A stretch of DNA of 64,000 nucleotides from an uncultured Methanolobus sp. GTDB lineage: Archaea > Halobacteriota > Methanosarcinia > Methanosarcinales > Methanosarcinaceae. The notes below the pieces were generated by a model. The model saw only the letters and a program-made list of their open reading frames with translations. It made no database searches and was not told the origin of the DNA. The DNA is taken from NCBI GenBank assembly GCA_963675495.1, contig OY776215.1:2592001-2656000 (forward strand), read 5' to 3'. A program made the position numbers and the translations under genes. Positions 1 through 10,673 of the stretch are shown here, piece by piece; within the stretch, counting starts at the first letter, position 1; each line of letters starts with the position of its first letter.

Positions 1-61
1 ACTGATAGATGGTTTTGTATGACCATCTTTTTTTTAGTATTTTTTTGGCAAATCTCTTATA

Positions 62-655
62 TTATCGTATAATTTTTCCGACAATGACCACCAGTTCTTC
101 AAAGGAACATTTTTCTCTTGCCTCTATCCATGAATTGAATCCATGCTGTTCCATTTCCTGCATAACTTCTTCAATGCCGGTAATAGAGGATACCAGCAGT
201 AAGATAAGTCCCTCAGGTTTCAGGTAAGCACATACTTGTTCCATGAAGGGTTTGATATCCTTGCGTCCGTCGATGCCTCCGTCAAAAGCGTAATTCAGCC
301 ATCCTGGGACTTTCTCTTCTTCGGAAGTTGGAAGGTACGGGGGATTGAATATCACAATGTCAAACTGTTGTTTGCTTTTCAATCCTGTGAACATATCTGT
401 CCTGATAACATCGATGTCGTTGGATCTTGCGCAGCGTGCAGCTAAAGGACTAATTTCCGTTGCCAAAAGTTCTATGTTCCTGTTGGCTTTGAGGACTGCG
501 GATACAAAGCCACTGCCGGTACCAACTTCCAGAATGCACATGTTCTCTTTTACAAACTCAAGGGCAGTGTCTGCAAGTAAGTATGAATCTTCGGCAGGTT
601 CGTATACCTGATCAGCAAGATCGATAATTGCATTAAGATGTTTGATGGTAACCAT
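62..655 (-). CDS. HemK2/MTQ2-family protein-glutamine N5-methyltransferase
   Basis: VYEPAEDSYLL N-terminus, LEVGTGSG SAM-binding motif, FNPPY motif; last gene of the conserved rpl21e-rpoF-rsmA cluster. Confidence 0.92.
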   Translation of the reverse strand: MVTIKHLNAIIDLADQVYEPAEDSYLLADTALEFVKENMCILEVGTGSGFVSAVLKANRNIELLATEISPLAARCARSNDIDVIRTDMFTGLKSKQQFDIVIFNPPYLPTSEEEKVPGWLNYAFDGGIDGRKDIKPFMEQVCAYLKPEGLILLLVSSITGIEEVMQEMEQHGFNSWIEAREKCSFEELVVIVGKIIR

Positions 656-668
656 GGATTAAAAATAG

Positions 669-1478
669 TTATTCCTGTTTATGCCTGAACATCATGTTAG
701 CAAGTTGTGCAAATTGCTCAGGTTCCAGGTTCTCAGGTCTTTTATTAATTAGTTCCTGCGGTAATTCATGTATGAATTCTTTCATGTCATCAATTCCAAG
801 AAGCTGCTTGTTCCGGATGATTGAATTTCTCATCTTTTTACGCCTCTGGCCGAAAGCTGCAGTGACGAAATCAAGGAAATACTTTTCGTCAAGTACTTCA
901 AAATCTGCAGGTCTTGGTTTGATCTCAACCACTGCAGAAAGGACTTCCGGTGGTGGGGAAAAAGCCCCTCGTGGTATTTTCATGATCATTGAATTATCGG
1001 CAAAATAGTGTGCATTCACAGAAAGGCGGCTATAATCCTTTGAATTTGCATGTGCCACAAGTCTCTGTGCAAACTCGTATTGATACATGAGTATCCCTAA
1101 CTTAAAATCGTGTTTGAACAACTTGAAAGTAATCTCGGAAGAAATTGAATAGGGTAAGTTTGAGACCACTTTATCAAAAGAAGGGAACTCGACTTTAAGC
1201 ACGTCTCCGTGGATCAGGGTGAGTTTGTCTATATCTCCAAAACGATCCATTAGAACATCAATAAGTTCGGGGTCTCGTTCAATGGCGATTACGTGGCCTG
1301 CTTTCTCCATGAGCCTTTCTGTCAGGTTGCCGATACCTGCTCCGATCTCAAGTATTGTCTCATGGGGCTTTATGTCAGCAGCATCCACGATCCTGTCAAG
1401 GATTCGTTCATCTATTAAAAAATGCTGGTCATGGTATCCACCACGGATACCATATTTTCTTAAAATATCATAAACCAA
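669..1478 (-). CDS. rsmA: 16S rRNA adenine dimethyltransferase RsmA/KsgA
   Basis: QHFLID, LEIGAGIG, SNLPYSI, FSPPPEV motifs; TTG start at 1478 chosen from upstream AGGTG. Confidence 0.95.
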   Translation of the reverse strand: MVYDILRKYGIRGGYHDQHFLIDERILDRIVDAADIKPHETILEIGAGIGNLTERLMEKAGHVIAIERDPELIDVLMDRFGDIDKLTLIHGDVLKVEFPSFDKVVSNLPYSISSEITFKLFKHDFKLGILMYQYEFAQRLVAHANSKDYSRLSVNAHYFADNSMIMKIPRGAFSPPPEVLSAVVEIKPRPADFEVLDEKYFLDFVTAAFGQRRKKMRNSIIRNKQLLGIDDMKEFIHELPQELINKRPENLEPEQFAQLANMMFRHKQE

Positions 1479-1492
1479 GAAATAAACACCTT

Positions 1493-2089
1493 TCAATGGC
1501 TACGTTGACGACGTGGAGGTATTGTGAAGAGTCTGTACTTGATATTGTCATCCTTTAGCTCATCTATGATCCTGTTGACAACAACTTTCCCCGGGGAGTG
1601 TACTCCTCCGACTCTCTCGTGTAATTCCTCAAGGCTCTTGAAAGCTCCTTTCTTTCTTTCATCTATGATGGCCCACATAAGTTTCTTTCCGATGCCCGGG
1701 AGTAACTCTAACATATGTAGCCTGTTTGTAATTGGGTGTGCATCATTGAAGAATTTGACAAACCGTTCTTCATTATGTTCTACGGTCTTTTCAAGAATGT
1801 AGGGTAATTCCAGTTGAGCACCATGACTTAGGTCCTGATATGGTATGCGGTGCTTTACATGGTCGACAAGGTCGCGGTCACCGTCTCCGATATACACTCT
1901 GGACTGGATATCCGGTACTTTTCCTTCTTTGGGTACAATTTCCATCAACACGAAATGAATTTCCCCGACAGCCTGCACAAGAGGTTTCTTTTGATATGAA
2001 GGGCGTTTATCATCTGAACTTCCGTATGGGAGATAATCTAATATCCATGCAAACTCTTCTTTCTCAGGTGGCTTTCCCCTAGTTGTCAT
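1493..2089 (-). CDS. DUF655 family putative RNA-binding protein
   Basis: LDYLPYG and LELLPGIGKK (HhH) motifs; conserved position between rpoF and rsmA. Confidence 0.9.
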   Translation of the reverse strand: MTTRGKPPEKEEFAWILDYLPYGSSDDKRPSYQKKPLVQAVGEIHFVLMEIVPKEGKVPDIQSRVYIGDGDRDLVDHVKHRIPYQDLSHGAQLELPYILEKTVEHNEERFVKFFNDAHPITNRLHMLELLPGIGKKLMWAIIDERKKGAFKSLEELHERVGGVHSPGKVVVNRIIDELKDDNIKYRLFTIPPRRQRSH

Positions 2090-2168
2090 ATATTTCCTCC
2101 TGTGGCATACCTGCTGCTACTCATGCAACTTCCATCAAAATTAAAAAAGGGATGTATCGAATATAAAT

Positions 2169-2522
2169 CTAATCCATTGCTTCTTCTACAAGGTTTAGCA
2201 TTTCATCGAGTTCTTCTTCTGTAAGTGTGAATCTCTCTTTTGCATAAAGCGACCTAAGCTCATCTCTTGTCTGTGGCATTACGTCAGCCAGTCTGATGGC
2301 TATTTCGGGTTTCATTTTTTCAAGCTCAAGAAGTTTGTTTACAAGATTCCTTGCTTTTTCAGGGCTTGTCTTTGAGAACATTTCTGCATGATTGATAGCT
2401 TTACGCAGTTCATATCCAAGTTCATCTTCACCTTTAAGACGATCTTCCATTATTTCATGCAACATACCCTTCACTTCAGACAGGGTTAACATTTCTTCAC
2501 TCAGAACTTCTTTTACTATCAT
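2169..2522 (-). CDS. rpoF: RNA polymerase subunit F (Rpo4/Rpb4)
   Basis: ELGYELRKAINH and MPQTRDELRSLYAKE motifs; 117 aa; context. Confidence 0.92.
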   Translation of the reverse strand: MIVKEVLSEEMLTLSEVKGMLHEIMEDRLKGEDELGYELRKAINHAEMFSKTSPEKARNLVNKLLELEKMKPEIAIRLADVMPQTRDELRSLYAKERFTLTEEELDEMLNLVEEAMD

Positions 2523-2667
2523 TGGTATACACTCTGTGCATTATTTGGGGTTTAGGTCATCCCTGGATGACAATAAGATGTATTTGTATCGTTAAATACG
2601 TGCAATAAAGATATATCTAACGATAAAGAAAGGTAATTCAGGTATCAAACCTGAAATTCCTGCAAAC

Positions 2668-2961
2668 TTAGTATTTCTGTGGTTTCAGATGTTGTGGAAG
2701 GGATATAAGCTCTTTTGTAGCATTTCCGTCCCTGACCTGTAAGAGAAAAGCGCGGCCACGCTGACCAATGATCTTTCCTGTCTTTCCCTGAAACCTTGCG
2801 TTTGGCATTCCTTTCTGTACACTTGGGTCGATATCGATGTGGACCATCTGTCCGTTGTCGAATTCCTGAATTGCCTTGCTGATAGGTGAAAGTCCTCTTT
2901 CCCTTGTGGTTTTCTGTAACTTATACCTTGTGCAGTGCTTTTCGCCGTGTGATGTTCCCAT
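2668..2961 (-). CDS. rpl21e: 50S ribosomal protein L21e
   Basis: [23 protein letters not shown] signature. Confidence 0.97.
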   Translation of the reverse strand: MGTSHGEKHCTRYKLQKTTRERGLSPISKAIQEFDNGQMVHIDIDPSVQKGMPNARFQGKTGKIIGQRGRAFLLQVRDGNATKELISLPQHLKPQKY

Positions 2962-3028
2962 AATTATTTTCCTCCATTGATCAAATTATTAGTCTAATTT
3001 ATGAATGTTCAAATGTGATGTCTAATGT

Positions 3029-4321
3029 TTATATGTCGACTTTGACGACATTAAGTTCAGCTACTGTTGCCTGTATTTCCAGCTTTTCCGTTAGACTTGG
3101 CACAGTCCTTCCCTCGTCTCCTGACGTAAGTTCCTTTACATACAGGCCACCATCACAGTGTACTTCTATAATGGCATACTCATCTGTCTTCTCTATGAGC
3201 TGCATGTTATGGACATATCGTTTTCGGACAAGATCTGCTCTTCTGTGGGATACTCGCTGTGGAGTCCTTTGATGTATTTGTACTCCAATAAGGGAGTTTA
3301 TAGCATCTGCAAGTTTGTCCGTGGAAACAGGCTCTTTGAATGTAACTTTAAGGTTATAAACTTTATCCGCCTTTGAAGACTTTAGATTCTCAATTACACC
3401 TTTCTCCACTATTTTTAGTCCTTCTACTTCCACCTTACCATCGGCGAACTCATTGATCTTCTTTTCCAGTTCCCATACATCTATGCTGCGGATAACCGGG
3501 TTTAGTGCCTCTACAACGAAAGGTCTTCCTGTTCCAAGCATAAGGGCATCGATGTCCTCACGTCCTGCGCCGTGGAATTTAGTATCTGTTCCTTTCGTTG
3601 CCTTGATCACTTCTTCAGCGATAAGCTCGTCTACGGACTCAGGGTATTGTTTTCCTGTGTTGTTGCATTGCTCACAGCCTCTACCGCCACAGCCTCTGCA
3701 TGGCCATCTTGTCTGGGGTATCCCTCTTACGAGTTTTCTGTACCTGCCCTGTATATAGACTGATTTTACGCGGATGCTGGTTGATTCCTCGGCAATATCC
3801 ATTGTAACCACAACGTCTGGCCTTTCGAACTCAACCTCTTTTTCCGTGCGTGCGGATATGAGCTTACCTACCTCACGGTTCATCTCAGTCTTGAATTGCT
3901 CAGCCTGCTTGATTCCGCATTCACTCCAAAGGATCTCTTCATTCTCCCCGACCAGGCCACTTACCTTTGTTCCCATCAGGAACGTGGAATATTCTATATC
4001 TCCGATGCTTTCAATTGCTCTGTCTGCCCATAGGTCTAGTTTGTCAAAAATGCCCATGCATACCCAGCATTTCTCGTCTTCACCTTCGATTTTCAGGCTC
4101 TTTCTTGCATAGGTGCTGCTCTTAGACAGTTCTTCAAGTAAAGAATCATCACCAGTATCTTTAAATGAAGCATCTCCTTCCATTGCCAGGCTCAATTTGA
4201 TGGCCTGTCCTCTTTCTACGTTGGTAAGGCCTGTGGATAATTTAGCGAATTGTCTTCCCATGCAATGGTCGCAAATGGGTCCTTCGTTGATTATCTTCTT
4301 AGCGGTTTCAAGTATGCTCAT
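3029..4321 (-). CDS. pus10: tRNA pseudouridine(54/55) synthase Pus10
   Basis: N-terminal CDHC zinc site, GRYRKLVRGIPQTRWPC, catalytic GREDIDA, GGLYVKEL. Confidence 0.96.
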   Translation of the reverse strand: MSILETAKKIINEGPICDHCMGRQFAKLSTGLTNVERGQAIKLSLAMEGDASFKDTGDDSLLEELSKSSTYARKSLKIEGEDEKCWVCMGIFDKLDLWADRAIESIGDIEYSTFLMGTKVSGLVGENEEILWSECGIKQAEQFKTEMNREVGKLISARTEKEVEFERPDVVVTMDIAEESTSIRVKSVYIQGRYRKLVRGIPQTRWPCRGCGGRGCEQCNNTGKQYPESVDELIAEEVIKATKGTDTKFHGAGREDIDALMLGTGRPFVVEALNPVIRSIDVWELEKKINEFADGKVEVEGLKIVEKGVIENLKSSKADKVYNLKVTFKEPVSTDKLADAINSLIGVQIHQRTPQRVSHRRADLVRKRYVHNMQLIEKTDEYAIIEVHCDGGLYVKELTSGDEGRTVPSLTEKLEIQATVAELNVVKVDI

Positions 4322-4410
4322 TGGATCACTTTTATCTGTGTTTTCTCTATAAGGGCTTTGTCAGGATGATTGGGACCAGATGGTTACTATATAATATAAC
4401 CTTTTTTTAG

Positions 4411-5007
4411 TTATGCTTGTTTCCTGTCCAGTTCATTGTGGATTATTATCATGCAGTGGTCTGAATGGAGTGAAATAGGCCCTATATTAAGCGTTTGTTT
4501 TGCCAGTCTGGCAATAATCTCTTCTTCCTCTTCTGTAACTCCCATGTGGTCTCCCAGGACGAATACGGCATCGCTATTTAGATCATTGTATTCTCTGATG
4601 TCCTGTCCATCCTCTCTCAGGTAATATATGTCTCTGTCCGCATCTTTGAATTCCATAAGAAGTTCTTCAAGTCCTGCGCGACGTATCCATACGCCCGGGG
4701 TGGATTGTGTTTCATATTTGATTGCATCTCTTTCAAGTGCTTTCTTTATTAGGGAACCACTACTTCTTTCATCGGGATTGAGGTACTTTAACTTCTCTCC
4801 GTTGAACCTTATTACTTTTCCCGGATCTGGTTCTCCAAGGAGTACCAGGTGGACATTAATATCACGTCTCATTCCATGTGAAAGGAAAAGTGCGGAATTG
4901 ACGCATCTGCATAGAATATCCATTCTTCCGGCGGAGCCGGGCAGGTCGTTAAGTGAAAAGTCAGCGGTTGTTAATGCTTTATGTCCAATTATCACAAAAT
5001 CTTTCAT
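4411..5007 (-). CDS. trmY: tRNA (pseudouridine(54)-N1)-methyltransferase TrmY
   Basis: SLNDLPGSAGRMDILCRC, NPDERS, LGDHMG SPOUT motifs; next to pus10. Confidence 0.95.
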   Translation of the reverse strand: MKDFVIIGHKALTTADFSLNDLPGSAGRMDILCRCVNSALFLSHGMRRDINVHLVLLGEPDPGKVIRFNGEKLKYLNPDERSSGSLIKKALERDAIKYETQSTPGVWIRRAGLEELLMEFKDADRDIYYLREDGQDIREYNDLNSDAVFVLGDHMGVTEEEEEIIARLAKQTLNIGPISLHSDHCMIIIHNELDRKQA

Positions 5008-5023
5008 TTATTTTCCTCTGTCT

Positions 5024-6319
5024 TTATTTTTCATCCTTAAGTATTATCTTTGCAAGTGCCGCTGCAATTTGGCGATAGTTCATATCATCGCCTGCGATAT
5101 TTGAAACAAAATCATCATATTTGTCCAGATGTCCTCGTTTGATGTGCATCCTGATGTCATCAGCGATCCGATTCTCTTTAATCCTTTCTATGTCTCTGTG
5201 GCTTGGCAGCTCCCTTTTAATGATTTCAGTATTTGTGATACGCATTATGTCCTTCAGTTTCCCATGATCCCTGCTTGAAGCAAAAGTATAGGCAAGTCCC
5301 GGTCTACCTGCTCTTGCAGTTCTGCCTATCCTGTGGACATATGTTTCAAGTCCCTGGGGAAGATCGTAATTGAAAACAACTTCTATGTTATCGACATCTA
5401 TGCCTCTGGCAGCTACATCGGTCGCTATCAGGATACCAATGTCTTCATTCTTGAACCTGTCCATCCTCTGTTCTCTTTTATTTTGCTTTATATCGCCGTG
5501 AAGTGCCTCGGCAGGATATCCCTTGGAACGCAGTTTAATGACCAATTTGTCAACTTCCTTTTTTGCATTACAAAAGACGAGTGCTGACTTGATATTTTCA
5601 GCTTCTATAAGCCTTTTCAAAGCTTCTGGTTTTGCATTATCCTTTATTTCAAAGTAATATTGCTTTACCTGGGGTACGGTAAGTTTTTTATGAACTACCT
5701 TTATGTGTACAGGATCCTTCTGATATTGCTCTGTCAGATCGAGTATGGGTTTTGGCATCGTTGCTGAAAAGAGTAATGTTTGCCTGCCGGATGGGATGCT
5801 TTCCAGTATTTCTTCTATGTCTTCCCTGAATCCCATATTCAACATCTCATCAGCTTCGTCAAGTATGACAATACCAATATCATCAGTAGGCATCGTTTGC
5901 CTTTCAAGATGGTCTATTATCCTCCCTGGTGTTCCTACTATGATCTGGGCTCCTGTCTTAAGTGCATTAATCTGGGAATCAACCGAAAGTCCTCCGTATA
6001 TGGGCAATACTTTGAGTTGCGGGATATATTTTGCGAGTTTTCTGAGTTCTTCTGATACTTGATTTGCTAGTTCCCTTGTTGGGCACACTACCATTGCCTG
6101 GGTATTTTTGTTACTCTGCTCAAGAAGTTCCATCAACGGGATCCCAAATGCTGCGGTCTTGCCGGTTCCGGTCTGTGCCTGGCCTATAATGTCCTTTCCT
6201 TCAAGTATTGGGGGGATGGATTTTTCCTGTATCTCAGTGGGCTCCCTGAACCCCATCTCTTTTATGCTTTTTCTTATCTCTTTTGAAAGGTAAAGTTCCT
6301 TGAATATTTCTGATTCCAT
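5024..6319 (-). CDS. DEAD-box RNA helicase
   Basis: Q motif, AQTGTGKT, PTRELA, DEAD, SAT, HRIGRTAR; start placed at ATG 6319. Confidence 0.95.
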   Translation of the reverse strand: MESEIFKELYLSKEIRKSIKEMGFREPTEIQEKSIPPILEGKDIIGQAQTGTGKTAAFGIPLMELLEQSNKNTQAMVVCPTRELANQVSEELRKLAKYIPQLKVLPIYGGLSVDSQINALKTGAQIIVGTPGRIIDHLERQTMPTDDIGIVILDEADEMLNMGFREDIEEILESIPSGRQTLLFSATMPKPILDLTEQYQKDPVHIKVVHKKLTVPQVKQYYFEIKDNAKPEALKRLIEAENIKSALVFCNAKKEVDKLVIKLRSKGYPAEALHGDIKQNKREQRMDRFKNEDIGILIATDVAARGIDVDNIEVVFNYDLPQGLETYVHRIGRTARAGRPGLAYTFASSRDHGKLKDIMRITNTEIIKRELPSHRDIERIKENRIADDIRMHIKRGHLDKYDDFVSNIAGDDMNYRQIAAALAKIILKDEK

Positions 6320-6397
6320 TTTATTTCCACTCTCCTGGGGCCCGCTTTCTGTTACTATTGTCAAAAATGAATATGTAAATTAAGTCGCTGATATCCT

Positions 6398-7744
6398 TTA
6401 GTTCTGGTCTTTCAGGGATGTATGGAGTTCAGCTATTTTCACAGCAGTGCTTGCAACTTCTGTGGCACAGTTTCCCATTATTCTGATCATGGCTTCCTTT
6501 CCGATGCCACCTTTATCGTATATGATGTCGGGCACAGCTCCATACTTATCGATGGCGTATGATGTTCCCCAGTCCATTGTGTGTGTGTCTTCAGGTTCAT
6601 CTTCTCTGGAAAATGATGCTACGGTAAGATTCAGTTCCCTGCATATATACAGAAGCAGCTGGGAGTATCTGATGTTCATGGAAGCTCTTGATGTTGGGGC
6701 ATGCTTCATTGCAGTCAGTATTATGCGGGCAACATGGCTGCTTGCGCCGAAGTCGATCTCCCCGACAAGCTTTGATTCTCCTTTAAGTTTGACGATCCTG
6801 CCTGTGACTGCAGCTACTTCCGGAGTCGATGCTGCAGATGGCAGTGCCATTGCTATATTGCATCCTACTTCGGGGATAAGTTCTCCAAAGTATTTTGATC
6901 GGCTGAGCAATTCCACTCCCCTTTTCAAATCCTGTAATACTGTATATCTTTCGGAGTTTTTCAGTACATGAGATAACTGATTAACAGGTCCTACACCACT
7001 TCCCACAGGCACGCTTCCTTTAATGGCCTCTACGACGAAGTCCTTTGCTATTTTTGCAGCTTCGTCTATTTTGTATCCCTGCGCAAGTGCTGCTGCAATC
7101 GCTGAAGAATAAGTACATCCTGATCCGTGGGTTCCGCCTTTGACAAAATTTCCGGGTATTATGGTGTAGGTGTCAGTTTCAGAATCGTATATTATGTCTG
7201 AAGCATCAAGGTGTCCACCAGTTACAATGACTATTTTAACGCCTGTCTGACTGATAAGCCGGGCAGCTTCTTTTGCTTCCTCGATATTTGTAATCTGAAT
7301 TCCTGAAAGGATGTTTGCTTCATTGATGTTTGGTGTTACCACTTCACTCATGGGTAAAAGTTTTTGTTTTAAGGTCTCTATGGCATTTTTTCGAAGGAGA
7401 TTCCCACCAGCCTCTGCTGCCATGACCGGATCAACCACCAGCTTCAGGTCATATTTTGTCACCATTTCTGCAACGGTTGATATTATGTCCGAAGATGAGA
7501 GCATGCCTGACTTAGCCCATGTGATGTCCATATCCTCACAAACGGCATCGATCTGGTTACGTATGACTTCACAAGGGATATCATATGCACTCAGGACTCC
7601 GGTAGTATTTTGTGACGTGACTGATGTGATGGCACATGTTGTATGGAGTCCAAGTGAAGCTATTGTTTTGATGTCTGCTTCAATTCCTGCTCCTCCACCA
7701 GAATCAGAACCTGCTATGGTCAGTATGACTGGTATTTTACTCAT
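6398..7744 (-). CDS. thiDN: Bifunctional HMP/HMP-P kinase-thiamine phosphate synthase (ThiD-ThiN)
   Basis: IAGSDSGGGAGIEAD, DPVM, THGSGC (ThiD) and C-terminal IPEVGCN, FGASSHVA, GIGKEAMI (ThiN). Confidence 0.93.
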   Translation of the reverse strand: MSKIPVILTIAGSDSGGGAGIEADIKTIASLGLHTTCAITSVTSQNTTGVLSAYDIPCEVIRNQIDAVCEDMDITWAKSGMLSSSDIISTVAEMVTKYDLKLVVDPVMAAEAGGNLLRKNAIETLKQKLLPMSEVVTPNINEANILSGIQITNIEEAKEAARLISQTGVKIVIVTGGHLDASDIIYDSETDTYTIIPGNFVKGGTHGSGCTYSSAIAAALAQGYKIDEAAKIAKDFVVEAIKGSVPVGSGVGPVNQLSHVLKNSERYTVLQDLKRGVELLSRSKYFGELIPEVGCNIAMALPSAASTPEVAAVTGRIVKLKGESKLVGEIDFGASSHVARIILTAMKHAPTSRASMNIRYSQLLLYICRELNLTVASFSREDEPEDTHTMDWGTSYAIDKYGAVPDIIYDKGGIGKEAMIRIMGNCATEVASTAVKIAELHTSLKDQN

Positions 7745-7984
7745 TATATTCTCCTTATGCGCTGCTGCCGTGTGACGGAGCTCTTAAATGTGTTGTTGCT
7801 TATATATTAGTTGGTTAACGGGGCCTATATATCTTTGCGATAATGCTAACTTTATCTGCTTCAAAGCTGGCTTCTGCGATAGTTATATATACTGAATATG
7901 CAACATTGGTGCATCGCAATATGTATAAGTAAATAAACAAATTTACAATTTATTACTCGCGTATAATTATTCGAATTTATTTAG

Positions 7985-8218
<234 letters not shown>

Positions 8219-8334
8219 GACAAACGTAATCTTTAATAACTACTAGCCATATCATGGGTAAACTCTGAGCTATTATTATATTGGCTACAACTAATCAATT
8301 AATTAACTAATTTCAAATCAAAAGGTGATTATAA

Positions 8335-8505
<171 letters not shown>

Positions 8506-8528
8506 GTCTTTTTAGACTAGGAATATAA

Positions 8529-9944
8529 ATGCGCGAAGAATGCGGTGTCGTAGGGATTGTACAGTTCAAGCCGGAATCAAATCCAGTCCCTTCCGCACTT
8601 CGTATATATTATGCGTTGTATGCTCTTCAGCATCGTGGTCAGGAATCTGCGGGTATCGCTGTTCATAATGGTAAATATCCTGAGACGCTAAAAGGCATGG
8701 GCCTTGTACCTGAGATATTTAACAAAGATGATCTTGTTATTCTCAAAGGTGATGTGGGTATAGGTCATGTGCGTTATTCTACTTCTGGTGACTCTCGTAT
8801 AGAAAATTGTCAGCCATTTATCGTTAATTATAAAAGTGGAAGTGTTGCACTTGCACACAATGGTAATCTGGTCAATGGCTCGGATCTGCGTTCGCAGCTT
8901 GAGGGCGAAGGTCACGTTTTTGTTGCAAATTCTGATACTGAAGTGATCGCTCATCTTTTGGTGAAAGAACTTCTTAAACACGACCCCGTTGAGGCTATGG
9001 GTAATGTGATGAAGCAGCTCAATGGTTCTTATTCTCTTTCTATCATGATCGATGACCTTCTCATGGCTGTAAGGGATCCCCTTGGGATCAAACCATTGTG
9101 TTTCGGTACTATTGATTCTGGTTATGTCGTTGCTTCAGAGAGTGTGGCAATTGACACACTTAATGGTGAACTTGTAAGGGATGTTAAACCTGGTGAACTT
9201 ATCATCTTCCGGGATGGTGAGGTCGAGTCCTATCAACTCTCTGATGGGAAATACTGCGCTCATTGTGTCTTTGAATATGTTTATTTTGCACGTCCTGATT
9301 CTATAATCGATGGGCAACTTGTTTACAGGGTCCGTGAAAGGATTGGAGAACAACTGGCTCGTGAACATCCTGTTGATGCTGATATGGTATCTCCGGTGCC
9401 CGATTCCGGAATTACGTCCGCAATTGGGTTTTCCCGGGAGTCAGAGATCGATTATGAAGAAAGTCTCATGAAGAATCGTTATATTGGACGTACTTTCATT
9501 CTTCCTGGACAGGCTATGCGTGAAACGGCTGTGCGTCTTAAGATGAATACTATCGATGAGAATATCAAGGGTAAAAAAGTGATTCTTGTTGATGATAGTA
9601 TTGTAAGGGGAACTACTTCCCGTCGAATCATCGACATGGTCCGCAATGCGGGTGCTAAGGAAGTGCATGCTCGTATAGGAAGTCCTCCTATAGTGGCACC
9701 ATGCTATCTGGGTATTGATATGGCTTCAAGGGATGAGCTTATAGCAGCCCATAAAACCATACCTGGAGTTGAGGCCGTGATCAATGCAGATTCATTAGGC
9801 TACCTGAGTGTGGATGGTCTGGTAGAAGCAATTGGAATTGATCGGGACGATTTGTGTCTTGGCTGTCTTACGTCTGCTTATCCTGTGGAGATTCCTGGTG
9901 AAAATATATGCCAGCGCAGACAGTTAAAACTACACGAGTTTTGA
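8529..9944 (+). CDS. purF: Amidophosphoribosyltransferase
   Basis: EECGVVG, QHRGQESAG, GHVRYST, VDDSIVRGTTS, C-terminal CLGC. Confidence 0.97.
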   Translation: MREECGVVGIVQFKPESNPVPSALRIYYALYALQHRGQESAGIAVHNGKYPETLKGMGLVPEIFNKDDLVILKGDVGIGHVRYSTSGDSRIENCQPFIVNYKSGSVALAHNGNLVNGSDLRSQLEGEGHVFVANSDTEVIAHLLVKELLKHDPVEAMGNVMKQLNGSYSLSIMIDDLLMAVRDPLGIKPLCFGTIDSGYVVASESVAIDTLNGELVRDVKPGELIIFRDGEVESYQLSDGKYCAHCVFEYVYFARPDSIIDGQLVYRVRERIGEQLAREHPVDADMVSPVPDSGITSAIGFSRESEIDYEESLMKNRYIGRTFILPGQAMRETAVRLKMNTIDENIKGKKVILVDDSIVRGTTSRRIIDMVRNAGAKEVHARIGSPPIVAPCYLGIDMASRDELIAAHKTIPGVEAVINADSLGYLSVDGLVEAIGIDRDDLCLGCLTSAYPVEIPGENICQRRQLKLHEF

Positions 9945-10495
9945 ATTTTTTAGATTAAGTGTCAACAATGAACACTCGTGTATAAATTATAAAAAGTTAT
10001 ATATCAGTAGTGCGTACAAAAGTTTGCTATCTGGCATATCAGATGTTCATGCAAGGATGTACCACCCCTTGCTGATTGTGGGAATGGGTTAACTTTTATA
10101 GCTGTAATTCTGCAATGCAGGAAGACAGCTTTGCTGTGTGATGACAGGTAATCGTAGATATTTGTTTGTGCTTTTTCTTGATTTTAGAGTATTCCTTCTT
10201 TGAAAAAGCAATATGACCTTTTGAAAGTAACACGGTACTATTGGATAAGTTGCTGAAAACGGTGTATCAATAAACACTCATCTAAGTGGCATGATTTTCA
10301 AAACGGGGATACTTTTGCATGGTATATGCGCAATCGTTACAGACCAGGAAAATCCATAATTTCCAATTGCAACACTCCCGAAAATGACATTACATGTTCT
10401 GGCGTAGGGATAAAATTAGAACTATTAACTGGATAATTATGATTTCTACAAAAAATCAAATTTTTAATGAAAATAATGATTTTAAAAAGTTGATA

Positions 10496-10570
10496 TGGGG
10501 CCGGGATCGAGAATCGAACTCGAATCGTAGCCTCCACAGGGCTACAGGATAACCGCTACCCTACCCCGGC
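10496..10570 (-). tRNA. tRNA-His(GUG), CCA encoded
   Basis: Reverse complement GCCGGGG...TAGCC-CTGTGGA-GGCTA...TTCGATT...TCCCGGC-C-CCA; C73 discriminator. Confidence 0.95.
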
Positions 10571-10673
10571 TCGAAGTAGGTGCTTTCCTTGAAAGCACCC
10601 TATAGATGTCCGTTTCTTAGATAAATCTTTTCCTTTGAAATCTCTTTGAACAGCACCTTCGCAGTGTTTTACT

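Noticed and set aside
2090-2171. rpoF ends in TAG; possible pyrrolysine readthrough into DUF655
   Set aside because: The readthrough frame stops at TGA out of frame with DUF655, which has its own AGGAGG RBS
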